Source of the DNA: Bdellovibrionota bacterium
Lineage (GTDB): Bacteria > Bdellovibrionota_C > UBA2361 > JBGSMV01
NCBI GenBank assembly: GCA_041739995.1
Contig: JBGSMV010000056.1
Coordinates: forward strand, 1-39,028
Direction of reading: 5' to 3'
DNA: 39,028 nucleotides
Below, in pieces: positions 9,982 through 18,516 of this stretch. The notes beneath the pieces were generated by a model. That model was given only the letters and a program-made list of their open reading frames with translations, made no database searches and was not told the origin of the DNA. The position numbers and the translations under genes were made by a program. The first letter of the stretch is position 1; each line of letters begins with the position of its first letter.

Positions 9982-11741
9982 TTACCTCGATGCACTTTCG
10001 AACGTATGCATCCACCACTTCCACACCACAACCATGGCCATGGTATCGAGTGCGCAGTACTGGCGAAGTAACTCACTAAAACCGGCTCTGGCGGCCGGGT
10101 CGTGTCGCCCGATGCCGCGAGTAAGCGCCTCGTAGGCAAGGACCGCGCCGGTGCCTTCGCGTACGCATCTCTCGACGCTGGCGATTGTTTTTGTCGGAAG
10201 GCCTTTGTAGGGGTCTTTCTCCCCTGCGGCGTTTGCGTAGAGAGCAAACCAGGGATGATTTTTAATTGAGTCTTTTGTGTTCCAGATTGCGGGCAGCACT
10301 GCTTTTAGTGAGGTACTTCCGTTCATGTCGGGATGAAAGTAGTGCCGCTTAGTAAGAGCTTCGAGGTCGACAAGCTTAAGCGCGAGGGTGTCACCGGTAA
10401 GGCCTTTGATCCAGGAGATGAGCTCCGGGCCTTGGTGAGAGGCTTCGAGCTGTTCGGCGATTTTCTGCAGTACGGTTTTCTCGTGGTGTGACCAGTGAAA
10501 GAAGGTGCCGGTGGTGCCGCATAGGGCGTGGAGTGACTGGGCGAAAGAAAAGTTCGGGAAGGTGCCGTCTTCGCTTAGCCACTCGTGGTGGGTGGGTGCA
10601 GCGCCTGGGCTTTCGATTCTGTGACAGCTCCACTGAAAGGCAACGGTCTCGTACGGCGTGAGGCCGCGGTGCGGAGGGATTGAGCTTGTGGCGGTTTCAA
10701 AGTCGATGAAAAAGAGCGGATAGGTATGCGAGTCGAGCTCGGCTTTAAGGTCAGCGGAAATGTATTCGGTGCCGGCCCGAGTGTGCTCAATCTGGATTTT
10801 TTGGCGCGGAGCGTGGGCGCCAGTCAGGGCTTCGAGGGGAATGTCAAAGAGTGAGGCTTTTTGTTGAGAGAGAAGGTCATTGAATACTTTGCCGTTTTTT
10901 AAACGGGTGCCGTCTCGAAGATGAAAGAGGTGTGGGGTGACCTGCGCCAGGTCGCCCCAACATTCGTTAAATCCGCTGCGCGGGTCTTCAGCGCTGCCGC
11001 GGTATTCGCACTTTTTGCACGCGGTGGTGAGTGGAGAGTGTATCTTGATAAGTGCGGGAGAGAGTGAATCGGAGAAAGTGGTGGCGCGGTCACTTCGGCG
11101 TCGATCAGAAGTGCTTCGGCGTTTAGTGCGGCGGGGTCACCGTGGAAGGTGACGTGGTCTTTTTCTGTGACGGTAAAGAGGGCGGGAAGATCGTCTAGTG
11201 CGGTGTGAAAGGACTTGTCGGGGGCGCGTAGGAAGCAAGAGATGTGGGCGTCTGGGAAGCGCTCTTTTGCGACTATGTACTGAAAGGCCACGTCTTCGAT
11301 GTAGGGCCTAAAGTTAGAGTCGATGCCGCCTTTTTTGCCGAGAATGCCGTAGAGCTCTGCCTCGCCGTCGGCGCTGTCGAGGCCTTTTGATTTTACTTCA
11401 ATCAGCGAAAGAGAAGAGCCGCGCTTTATGAGGATATCGACGTAGGCGATGAGGGGGCCGCTGCGCAGGGCTGCTTCGAAGAGCACTATATTGTCGTTGG
11501 TTTGAAGCAGGCGCTCGGTTTCGGCGACTGCTGGTTCTTTGCCGGCGGAGCGATCTATCTCTATGCCGTTTGGGTATTGTAGCTGGGCGATCTTTCCGAC
11601 GATGTGTCCGTCGCGGGCGAGAAATATAAGGTACTCATTCTCCTCCTTCACCGAGGGGTAGTCCTGCAGATAATAGTAGAGCTTTGTCGGGCAGGTGCTT
11701 GCGACTTTAAAGGCGGACTTTGAAAGGAGAATTTGCTTCAC
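9982..11741 (-). pseudogene. DUF2779-like protein (Cas4-like PD-(D/E)xK nuclease plus RNase H/DEDD-like domain) with one frameshift near 11085
   Basis: GTG 11741 gives LSKSAF..TCPTKLY...FEAAL...VDILIK...LIEVKSK...DVAFQ. After a -1 shift near 11085 the frame is open to the stop at 9982: CKKCEYR..GFNECW...YPLFFIDFET...PYETVAFQWSCH...LVDL...GSTSLKAVLP...YCALDT. Length is 1760 bp (3n+2). Confidence 0.85.
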
Positions 11742-11745
11742 GGCG

Positions 11746-12759
11746 TTAGGTGACCTTGGCAAGTGGGGTGATGGTTTGTAGCTGCTGCACGAGCAGTGCG
11801 GCGTCTTCAAGCACTCGGGTGGCAAGTTCTGGGGGGTGAATGGATTTTACGTGGCGGCCGAGGCTTAAGACTCGTCGCACGACTTCTGGGGAAATGATGC
11901 CGGGAAAGGATCGCACAAGTACCTCCCCCTCCCATGTATCGACTTGGTCGACGTGCCAGCGCTGGGCCGCGTAGTACTGGGCGGCGGGAGGGTTAATGGC
12001 AATCTTCAGCTGATGCAGGTCTTGTCCGGCCCACACGCCAAAGCCTTCAAGCCAGTTGGCAAAGCCCTGCTCTTTTGCGTTCGGGTCGCGCGGTGGAATG
12101 GGCACGGTGTAGGACAAAATCTCAAAGGCTCTAATGAAAGAGGCGTTTAGGATGCGTTCGCGTCCGTCCCTATCGTGTACCAAGAGGTAGAGCGCGCCGT
12201 CTGAATAGTGCACGCGTTCGATGCGCCCGTCGTAGGTTTTATCCTCGGTGTGTCGCCATGGGGAGCGGTACCTGATGCGTACACTCTCTCCGGCCTTGGC
12301 GCAGGTGACGTAGGTAAGTACGCCGACGTCTGCAATGTCGGCGATGACGGTGGAGTCGGAGGAGAACACGCTTGAGAGTGGTCCGAGCTCGCGCATGATG
12401 GTGGGGTTGGTGCTGGCGAATTGATCCCAGAGGCTTTCGAGCTGGGTATCAAGGTCTTTGGCTTCAAGGTTTCGCACCAGGTCGCGGGCTAGGAGTAAGG
12501 CGGTGAGCTCGTCTTTTCCGGCCGGGAGAAAGCTTGGGAAGGCAAAAGAGCGATCGGTTAGGTAATAGCCTTTGGAGGATGAGTCGTATTCTATCGGCAT
12601 CAGGTACTCGTCCCGTAGCCGATAGATAGTCCGCTGGGCGGTATTGGCCGAACAGCCGCATTCGGACGCAAGAGACGAGGCGTTCGGGAAGCGGTTGGCT
12701 TGGAGCGATTGAAAGAATCGCTGCGCCCGTCGCACAAAGGTGGAACCGTCTACTACCAT
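11746..12759 (-). CDS. WYL-domain transcriptional regulator (HTH-WYL-WCX)
   Basis: N-terminal HTH (PNASSLASECGCSANTAQRTIYRLRD...IEYD...GYY), WYL-like core (IRYRSP...GALYLLVHD...ERIL...IRAFEIL), WCX-like tail (RRVLSLGRHVKSIHPPEL). Confidence 0.9.
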   Translation of the reverse strand: MVVDGSTFVRRAQRFFQSLQANRFPNASSLASECGCSANTAQRTIYRLRDEYLMPIEYDSSSKGYYLTDRSFAFPSFLPAGKDELTALLLARDLVRNLEAKDLDTQLESLWDQFASTNPTIMRELGPLSSVFSSDSTVIADIADVGVLTYVTCAKAGESVRIRYRSPWRHTEDKTYDGRIERVHYSDGALYLLVHDRDGRERILNASFIRAFEILSYTVPIPPRDPNAKEQGFANWLEGFGVWAGQDLHQLKIAINPPAAQYYAAQRWHVDQVDTWEGEVLVRSFPGIISPEVVRRVLSLGRHVKSIHPPELATRVLEDAALLVQQLQTITPLAKVT

Positions 12760-12844
12760 GGGCGGTGCTCCTTAATCGGTAGAAAGGGGCAAAGGGCAGA
12801 AACTGTGTGGTGCACAGTATCGCCCAAGAGCCCCGAGTTTGGCA

Positions 12845-13354
12845 CTAGGGAAGACAGCATACGCCAGTGACGCGCATGGTATAGCCGATAGGGCCAGCGT
12901 TGGTGCCGGTCTCGTAAGAGACGCCTACCGGATAGGTTACGGCGGGTAGATAGAGCAGTGCGATGCTGATGATATCATTGTGGATGGTAGAGGTCTCAAC
13001 GCCATGAGTGAGAAGAAACTCGCCCGGGCCGCAATCAACTCGTCCCGTAAGGTAAGTGACTCCGCTCCACGTGGTTCGGCGACTTATGCAGCGCGTGGGG
13101 TCAAGAGTGCCGCCCGGGCCTTGCGGACCGGCGGGGCCTTGGGCGGCGGGGACGGCACCCAACGCGGCGATTGTATCGGCGGACACTCGTGCTTCGCTGC
13201 CCTTGCAGCGTTGCTTGGCCAGAATGCTTCCGTTTGCCGACAGGCAGAGCTGAAACGCCGGTGCTTTCGGGGCCGCCAAACCTTTAGAGGGAATGGTGAG
13301 TACCGAGAAGGCGATAAGGAGGGTTGTTGCGAGTGCGCGTGAAAGAATGTTCAT
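12845..13354 (-). CDS. Secreted hypothetical protein with a short collagen-like segment and a Cys-containing C-terminus
   Basis: Signal peptide ending GLA-A; QGPAGPQGPGG; C-terminal VCCLP; AAGGA RBS. Confidence 0.75.
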   Translation of the reverse strand: MNILSRALATTLLIAFSVLTIPSKGLAAPKAPAFQLCLSANGSILAKQRCKGSEARVSADTIAALGAVPAAQGPAGPQGPGGTLDPTRCISRRTTWSGVTYLTGRVDCGPGEFLLTHGVETSTIHNDIISIALLYLPAVTYPVGVSYETGTNAGPIGYTMRVTGVCCLP

Positions 13355-13665
13355 GACGATTCCTTTGGGTTCATCAATAAAAGTGGAACTGCGATGCGCC
13401 GGGATAGTGCGCGCGTTCGGGGGGCTAGTGAAGGAGGTACCCCAGGATGTGGGGTGGTGGTGACGGGCCCCTGCCCCATTCCTCGGATGCGTGGGGAGCG
13501 AGAGCTCCCACGCGTTGCGTGTGAATCTTATCTAACTTGTAACAATAGAATGGTCCCGCACTTCTCTTCTTGGCCGGGAAAGTTGGCGTGTGCGCATTGG
13601 AGTGGCCAAAACGGGCCGGCCGAGACCTGGTAGTTTTTGCAGGGGGATCCGACTAAAAAATGTAG

Positions 13666-13694
13666 TTGCCTTGGTGTAGCCTATGGGCTACACT
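13666..13694 (+). promoter_or_regulatory. sigma70-like promoter with an overlapping palindromic operator for the TA operon
   Basis: TTGCCT-17 bp-TACACT; inverted repeat GTGTAGCC-tatg-GGCTACAC at 13674-13693; ATG 7 nt after the -10. Confidence 0.75.
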
Positions 13695-13701
13695 GCTGAT
13701 A

Positions 13702-14049
13702 ATGGAAGTGCGACCTCGAGTTGTAAAAATGTACCAACGTCCAGACGGCGAGATCCCCTTCTCCCGTTGGTACAAGGACCTTCGAGACGTTCGTGGCCAA
13801 CAGAAAATTCTTGCTCGCATTGACAGAATGAAACTTGGGAACCTGGGTGATCATCGTTCTGTCGGAGAAGGAGTGACGGAGCTCCGAATCGCTTACGGGC
13901 CAGGCTACCGAGTCTACTTTGGGCAAGAAGGTGAAGAGTTAGTTGTTTTACTCGTTGGGGGCGACAAAGGGACGCAAGATGACGACATCAAAACGGCGAA
14001 AAGCTACTGGGAAAGTTACAAAGCGGAGAAAAAGTATGCCGAGCGTTGA
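13702..14049 (+). CDS. RelE/ParE-superfamily toxin (putative addiction module killer protein)
   Basis: PFSRWYKDLRD...ARIDRMKLGNLGDHRSVGEGVTELRIAYGPGYRVYF...LLVGGDKGTQDDDIKTAK. Confidence 0.93.
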   Translation: MEVRPRVVKMYQRPDGEIPFSRWYKDLRDVRGQQKILARIDRMKLGNLGDHRSVGEGVTELRIAYGPGYRVYFGQEGEELVVLLVGGDKGTQDDDIKTAKSYWESYKAEKKYAER

Positions 14050-14341
14050 TTATGATGAATTTTTGTTTGAGCAACTAAAAGATCTTGAGTACGCAGCGGG
14101 GTATCTCACCGCATGCCTTGAGGAAGGTGAAGACGTATTTTTTCTTGGAATTAGGCAGGTCGCAAAAGCCACTGGTGGGATGAAATCATTATCCGAAGCC
14201 ACTCAGCTCAATCGCGAAAGCCTCTATGACATGCTCTCAGAGTCCGGCAACCCGCTCTTCTCAAGCGTGACCACAGTTCTCGACAAGCTGGGCCTGGAGG
14301 TAACCGTCACTCCGAAGCTCCAGGGCATAAAGGCTGCTTAA
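14036..14341 (+). CDS. HTH antitoxin (putative addiction module antidote protein)
   Basis: LKDLEYAAGYL...VAKATGGMKSLSEATQLNRESLYDMLSESGNP; overlaps the toxin end. Confidence 0.92.
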   Translation: MPSVDYDEFLFEQLKDLEYAAGYLTACLEEGEDVFFLGIRQVAKATGGMKSLSEATQLNRESLYDMLSESGNPLFSSVTTVLDKLGLEVTVTPKLQGIKAA

Positions 14342-14399
14342 CGAGATCTGCATGTTTTAACCTATGAGCCATGGAGCCGCGCTACTCTAGTCGACAAAG

Positions 14400-14690
14400 C
14401 TAAGCCGCTGCGGTGCTAATCCTCTTTAGGTCCGGGGTTTCCACTTGGCTCAGCTCCCAGTTGGTTTGCAAGGTAAGCCAAAAGTCTGGGCTGGCCCCGA
14501 GAGCGAGTGAAAGCTTTACGGCCATCTCCGCGCTAATACCCCTCTTCCCTCTACAGATCTCATTGACGGTTTTCGGGAGCACTCCGATGTGTTCAGCGAG
14601 ACGCGACTGAGAGATCTGGAGCTCATCAAGTTCATCCTGGAGCACCTGGCCCGGGTGAATGGGCGTGGTGTGTTTTCGTTTGCTCGCCAT
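14400..14690 (-). CDS. higA: HigA-family antitoxin
   Basis: PIHPGQVL...SQSRLAEHIGV...NEICRGKRGISAEMAVKL...SPDFWLTLQ; GGAG RBS. Alternative start at 14720. Confidence 0.92.
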   Translation of the reverse strand: MASKRKHTTPIHPGQVLQDELDELQISQSRLAEHIGVLPKTVNEICRGKRGISAEMAVKLSLALGASPDFWLTLQTNWELSQVETPDLKRISTAAA

Positions 14691-14719
14691 CGTACTGTTT
14701 CTCCGTCTATGTGAACTCA

Positions 14720-15017
14720 TTAATGGTAATCAACAATTTCAACCTCAAAGGCATCGCGCTCTATCCACTGAAAGCAAATCCGATATTTCTGGTTGATGCG
14801 AAGGCTGTATTCCCCGGCGCGATCTCCAGTCAGCGATTCAAGTCGGTTGCCACGGAGCTCCTGAAGATCTCTTAGTGAGTGAGCTGCACCTAGTCGAGCG
14901 AGTTTAATTCGAGCACGCTCATGTAAATCAAGAGGAAGTCTCCTTCAGTGTTTGCTTGGTAAGCCGACCGTAGTTGATATCCTCTGTCACGGCATCGTTA
15001 AAGGTTTTTATCGCCAT
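14720..15017 (-). pseudogene. higB: HigB-family toxin with a 1-nt insertion frameshift near 14942
   Basis: Manual translation: MAIKTFNDAVTEDINYGRLTKQTLK / RLPLDLHERARIKLARL...GNRLESLTGDRAGEYSLRINQKYRICFQW...VEIVDYH*. Length 298 bp (3n+1); absent from the ORF track. Confidence 0.88.
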
Positions 15018-15326
15018 ATCATATATACCATTATACCGGATAAAAGGATAGATGTTTAGAAGAGGTGCTTGCTGATGCGGAGGCTTTCGCGAGGTATGTA
15101 TCGGAAACGAGAGGCAAAAGTTGCGGATGCCCCGTCTTGCTTGCAGGTGAGTGTTTCGAGGCTTCGTGATAGGGGCGCCTCGAATTTAAGTAAGTGACAT
15201 CAGGTGGTTGGGTAGGCTGCGGTAACCTCTTTATTGAGGCACCTAAATCAGCAATGCAACTGAAGTAAAGCTCCGTGCTTGTCGATAGGGCTTTACTGAT
15301 TTTCGACGCGTGCTGGCGAAGAGGAG

Positions 15327-16412
15327 ATGATAAGTATGAGACCTTATATAGTAGTTGCGATGCTTCTTGGGATACTTGGTGTTCCCTCGCTCTATGCGCA
15401 GAGTGTTAAGTATAAAGCGACAGCGGTAGACATTCCCGCTCACTCAGCTGAAATGCCGATTATTTCCCCAGGCGGCTCGATTATAGGAATTTCATATCCC
15501 GGGCGCCAAATATTTGTTCAACAAGGTGATTCGACGCAAATACTTCCTCTCACTGAATCTCAGGGTTGTGTTCCCTCTGCAGCGAACGAAAGCGATGGGC
15601 TCACCGTCGTGGCTGGAAACTGTGCAGGTCAGGGACCCTCGGTTTGGTATTGGGACGGATATTCCGTCATTCATATCAATGTTGCTGACATATACACGGC
15701 GGTTTCAGGCGTTTCGAACGCCGGAATAATTGCCGGAAACATTTTCCCACCAGGGGCCCCTAGTAATCACGCGGTACTTTGGAACGTAAGAGATAGATCT
15801 GATCTCCCGCTATATGGGGACGAGCGCGTTAATGGGAGATATACTACCGGGATTTCAAACAATAATCTTGTGGGATTGGCACCGCAGCCTGGGACATACC
15901 GCATTCAGACTGATGCGGTAGAAGATCTGCCCCTTCCGAGTGAAGAATGGCGAGGAGAGTCAAGCAATGAGTCTACTATGTCATTCGATGGGCGCCTCGC
16001 CGGCATTCTGTCATCTGGATCCGTCCAGGCAGGCATGCTTGCAGTAGTGTGGAAAGACGGAGCTATCGAACGCCAGGTAAGGGTACCCCGCGCTTGTGAG
16101 TTTCCGAATCGCATCGATTTCGTCTCATCAGCAGCAGATGACACCATTCTGTTGCTATGTCGTACGCAGTTTCCCAATAGTCTCGCTACTTCGTATGTAT
16201 CGCATCGAGGCGGAAACTTCATTGATCTTCGTCAGCTGACAAGTGGCTTGCCAGCTACTGGCCACCTCCGAATTTCAAGGTTTTCTTCCGCGAGTGGCGT
16301 ACTTGTAGGGGAAGTCGCCGGCAATCCCGGAATATGGCGCTTGAGCCCAGTTGGCATGAAGACCCATGCAACTAAAGCCGAACTAGAAACATGCACCGAA
16401 GGTGCTTGCTAA
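15327..16412 (+). CDS. Secreted hypothetical protein, possibly with extracellular beta-repeats
   Basis: Signal peptide; repeated G(V/I)SN.G...G...(A)VxW-like segments. Confidence 0.75.
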   Translation: MISMRPYIVVAMLLGILGVPSLYAQSVKYKATAVDIPAHSAEMPIISPGGSIIGISYPGRQIFVQQGDSTQILPLTESQGCVPSAANESDGLTVVAGNCAGQGPSVWYWDGYSVIHINVADIYTAVSGVSNAGIIAGNIFPPGAPSNHAVLWNVRDRSDLPLYGDERVNGRYTTGISNNNLVGLAPQPGTYRIQTDAVEDLPLPSEEWRGESSNESTMSFDGRLAGILSSGSVQAGMLAVVWKDGAIERQVRVPRACEFPNRIDFVSSAADDTILLLCRTQFPNSLATSYVSHRGGNFIDLRQLTSGLPATGHLRISRFSSASGVLVGEVAGNPGIWRLSPVGMKTHATKAELETCTEGAC

Positions 16413-16509
16413 CCATAGTAGTTGGCGCTCCTACATCCTTGGTGTGAATCCGAGTGATAAGCGAACGCGTAGCGTGAGAGAGGATTCGTGTAGGAGGATT
16501 GAAGGCCGC

Positions 16510-16824
16510 CTATGCAGCGTGGCTACCCTGCAATCGCCGCTTCATTAAGGGCTTAGGGATCTTTATGTTTTGCTTCGCTGCGTAGAACAGATCTAAGGCC
16601 TGCTGTGCATTCAACCAAAAGTCTGGGGATGTCTGAAAGGCACCCGCGAGCTTTAGCGCAATCTCAGGCGTTACGGCGCAGCGCTCGTTTACGATACGGT
16701 TAATCACCTTCACGTCGCATCCGAGATGTTCCGCAAGCGCACGCTGGCTAAGCTTAATCGGCTTCATAAACTCGACACGAAGGATCTCCCCAGGACTGGT
16801 TGGCTTTCGTAGAACTCGACGCAT
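16510..16824 (-). CDS. higA: HigA-family antitoxin
   Basis: KPTSPGEILRVEFMKP..LSQRALAEHL...VTPEIALKLAGAFQTSPDFWLNAQ; AGGAG RBS. Confidence 0.93.
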   Translation of the reverse strand: MRRVLRKPTSPGEILRVEFMKPIKLSQRALAEHLGCDVKVINRIVNERCAVTPEIALKLAGAFQTSPDFWLNAQQALDLFYAAKQNIKIPKPLMKRRLQGSHAA

Positions 16825-16832
16825 ATGTGCTC

Positions 16833-17123
16833 CTAATGATAATCGCAAACTCTAACCTCGCTTGGTCCACCTTCGGCCCAGCGAAATACGATGCGCCATT
16901 GCCGGTTTACTCTAATGCTGTGGTACCCGGCGAGGGCGCCCTTCAGCGCTTCAAGCCGATTGCCAGGAGGAGTCCGCAGGTCATTAATGTGTGCCGCATA
17001 GTGAAGCATATCTAATTTCCGTTGAACCACCTTGACGACGGATGTCCATCCAGGGTTCTGTCGAAGCGTTCCCGCGTGAAAGAAGTCTCTGGTGGCTGTG
17101 TCAGCAAATGAGATTATTGGCAT
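16833..17123 (-). CDS. higB: HigB-family toxin
   Basis: IISFAD...RKLDML...DLRTPPGNRLEALKGALAGYHSIRVNRQWRIVFRW...DYH. Confidence 0.94.
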   Translation of the reverse strand: MPIISFADTATRDFFHAGTLRQNPGWTSVVKVVQRKLDMLHYAAHINDLRTPPGNRLEALKGALAGYHSIRVNRQWRIVFRWAEGGPSEVRVCDYH

Positions 17124-17328
17124 AAGTATACCGTCATGAGGTATGTCGTGCAATTGATACTTCGACTCGCGCGCACCAGAGCCTCGTTCGTCTGGGCAAA
17201 TGCAGGCGCTTCTCGACTGATAACGACAGGTTGTCGGCGATCTGCTGCTCGAGTTTCCTACCGCTCAATCGATGCTCTCGGAGACCGTGAGTTCTCAATA
17301 CGTGTTGGCATCCAGTATCGGCCTACCC

Positions 17329-17356
17329 CCTACCCCATTCCCTCAGAGACCTTGGG
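17329..17356 (+). repeat. Dispersed junction motif, copy 1
   Basis: CCTACCCCATTCCCTCAGAGACCTTGGG; one mismatch to the copies at 18484 and 20472. Confidence 0.85.
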
Positions 17357-17569
17357 GTCTTCGGCCAGAGAGCTCGGTCGATGAGCCTGACCGACCGCTC
17401 TGTCACATATGAAAATTATAACCTGGTGAATTTATGGAATTATGAAAGGAGCCCGGTTCCATATCGATAACGTTATCCATGGTGATCAGCCCCCTCCGTT
17501 TGCGCCACCGATTGATGGAAGCCAACGAATGCGTGGATGATTATGTTGGGCGGGGTTTGGGCAATAGCC

Positions 17570-17610
17570 ATGCAGCGCGCCTGCCCTGCAAGCGCCGCTT
17601 CATTAAGGGC
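17570..17610 (-). repeat. Duplicated 3' end of higA (direct repeat of 16512-16552)
   Basis: 37 of 41 nt identical; followed immediately by CCTACCCC. Confidence 0.85.
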
Positions 17611-17671
17611 CCTACCCCTATCAATGGTGCGCCCAGGAACGGACAGCGGACTCAATGGCGCTAATACCTAG

Positions 17672-17962
17672 CTACGCCGCTTTGATCGCCTTCTCGAGCA
17701 GCTCGTGCATGAACGTTTGATAAGGCTTTCGTTTCCGAGCCGCTATTCTCTGAATATCGGCCAGCAGCTTTGGAGATAAGCGAATCGCAATCAACTTCTT
17801 AGGATTGTCGCTCTTCGGGCGTCCGACACGGCGAGCTTTGGTGAGCTGCTCATCGGTAAGCTCGGGAATATCGCTAAAATCGATCTTACTGTCTGGCGTA
17901 GGCTTCACGTTCCTTCCTCGACGCTCGCCGCGCGCTGATGATCCTGATCGCTTCTTGGCCAT
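17672..17962 (-). CDS. brnA: BrnA-like (RHH/CopG) antitoxin
   Basis: IDFSDIPELTDEQ...GRPKSDNPKKLIAIRLSPKLL...PYQTFMHELL; overlaps brnT. Confidence 0.85.
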   Translation of the reverse strand: MAKKRSGSSARGERRGRNVKPTPDSKIDFSDIPELTDEQLTKARRVGRPKSDNPKKLIAIRLSPKLLADIQRIAARKRKPYQTFMHELLEKAIKAA

Positions 17963-18170
17963 TCCTTAGTCTCCTCACTGTGTAGATAACCGTTAACAAT
18001 TGGCCACTTGATGCTTTACCAAGCGCAAAGGAACGGAGCTCCTCCGTGGAATGCTTTACATCCTCACCATGAAGAGCGGTGACATCTTCAAAAACCGACG
18101 TGCCTTCCTCGAAGGAAACGCCATGTTTCTTGAAGTTTGTTAGTGCCTTTTGAATATCCCAATTATACAT
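17886..18170 (-). CDS. brnT: BrnT-family ribonuclease toxin
   Basis: WDIQKALTNFKKHGVSFEEG.SVFED...HS.EE.R...G...LLTVIYT.R...IRIISARRASRKEREAY. Confidence 0.92.
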   Translation of the reverse strand: MYNWDIQKALTNFKKHGVSFEEGTSVFEDVTALHGEDVKHSTEELRSFALGKASSGQLLTVIYTVRRLRNGQEAIRIISARRASRKEREAYARQ

Positions 18171-18483
18171 GAATTTATATATATACACTAATTATATCTA
18201 AATCGGGCCGATGGCTGGCCGATGGCTGGCCGATGAGCCAAGCCACCTAGACTCATTAGGTTAGTGGCATTCAACGAAATGGACGTTCGCTTTTGCTGCA
18301 CCCTCGATCGGTAAAGGGTGCTTATCGGTGAACGAGCACCAAAGTTTCCGAGGTCTGGAAATCTCGCGGGAAATTGCAGCGTACAGAGGAGATGGTACAG
18401 AGGAGATGGTGGTATGTACCCATAGAGTGCCATTTCGACTAAATGGCCCGGCTCTATGTCGGATAGGGTGGGGAGTTGATGGA

Positions 18484-18516
18484 CCTACCCCATTCCCTCA
18501 GGGACCTTGGGATCGG
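18484..18516 (+). repeat. Dispersed junction motif, copy 2
   Basis: CCTACCCCATTCCCTCAGGGACCTTGGGATCGG; identical to 20472-20504. Confidence 0.9.

Noticed and set aside
11060..11100. Programmed ribosomal frameshift in the DUF2779-like gene
   Set aside because: No X_XXY_YYZ slippery site at the junction; a deletion or sequencing error is simpler.
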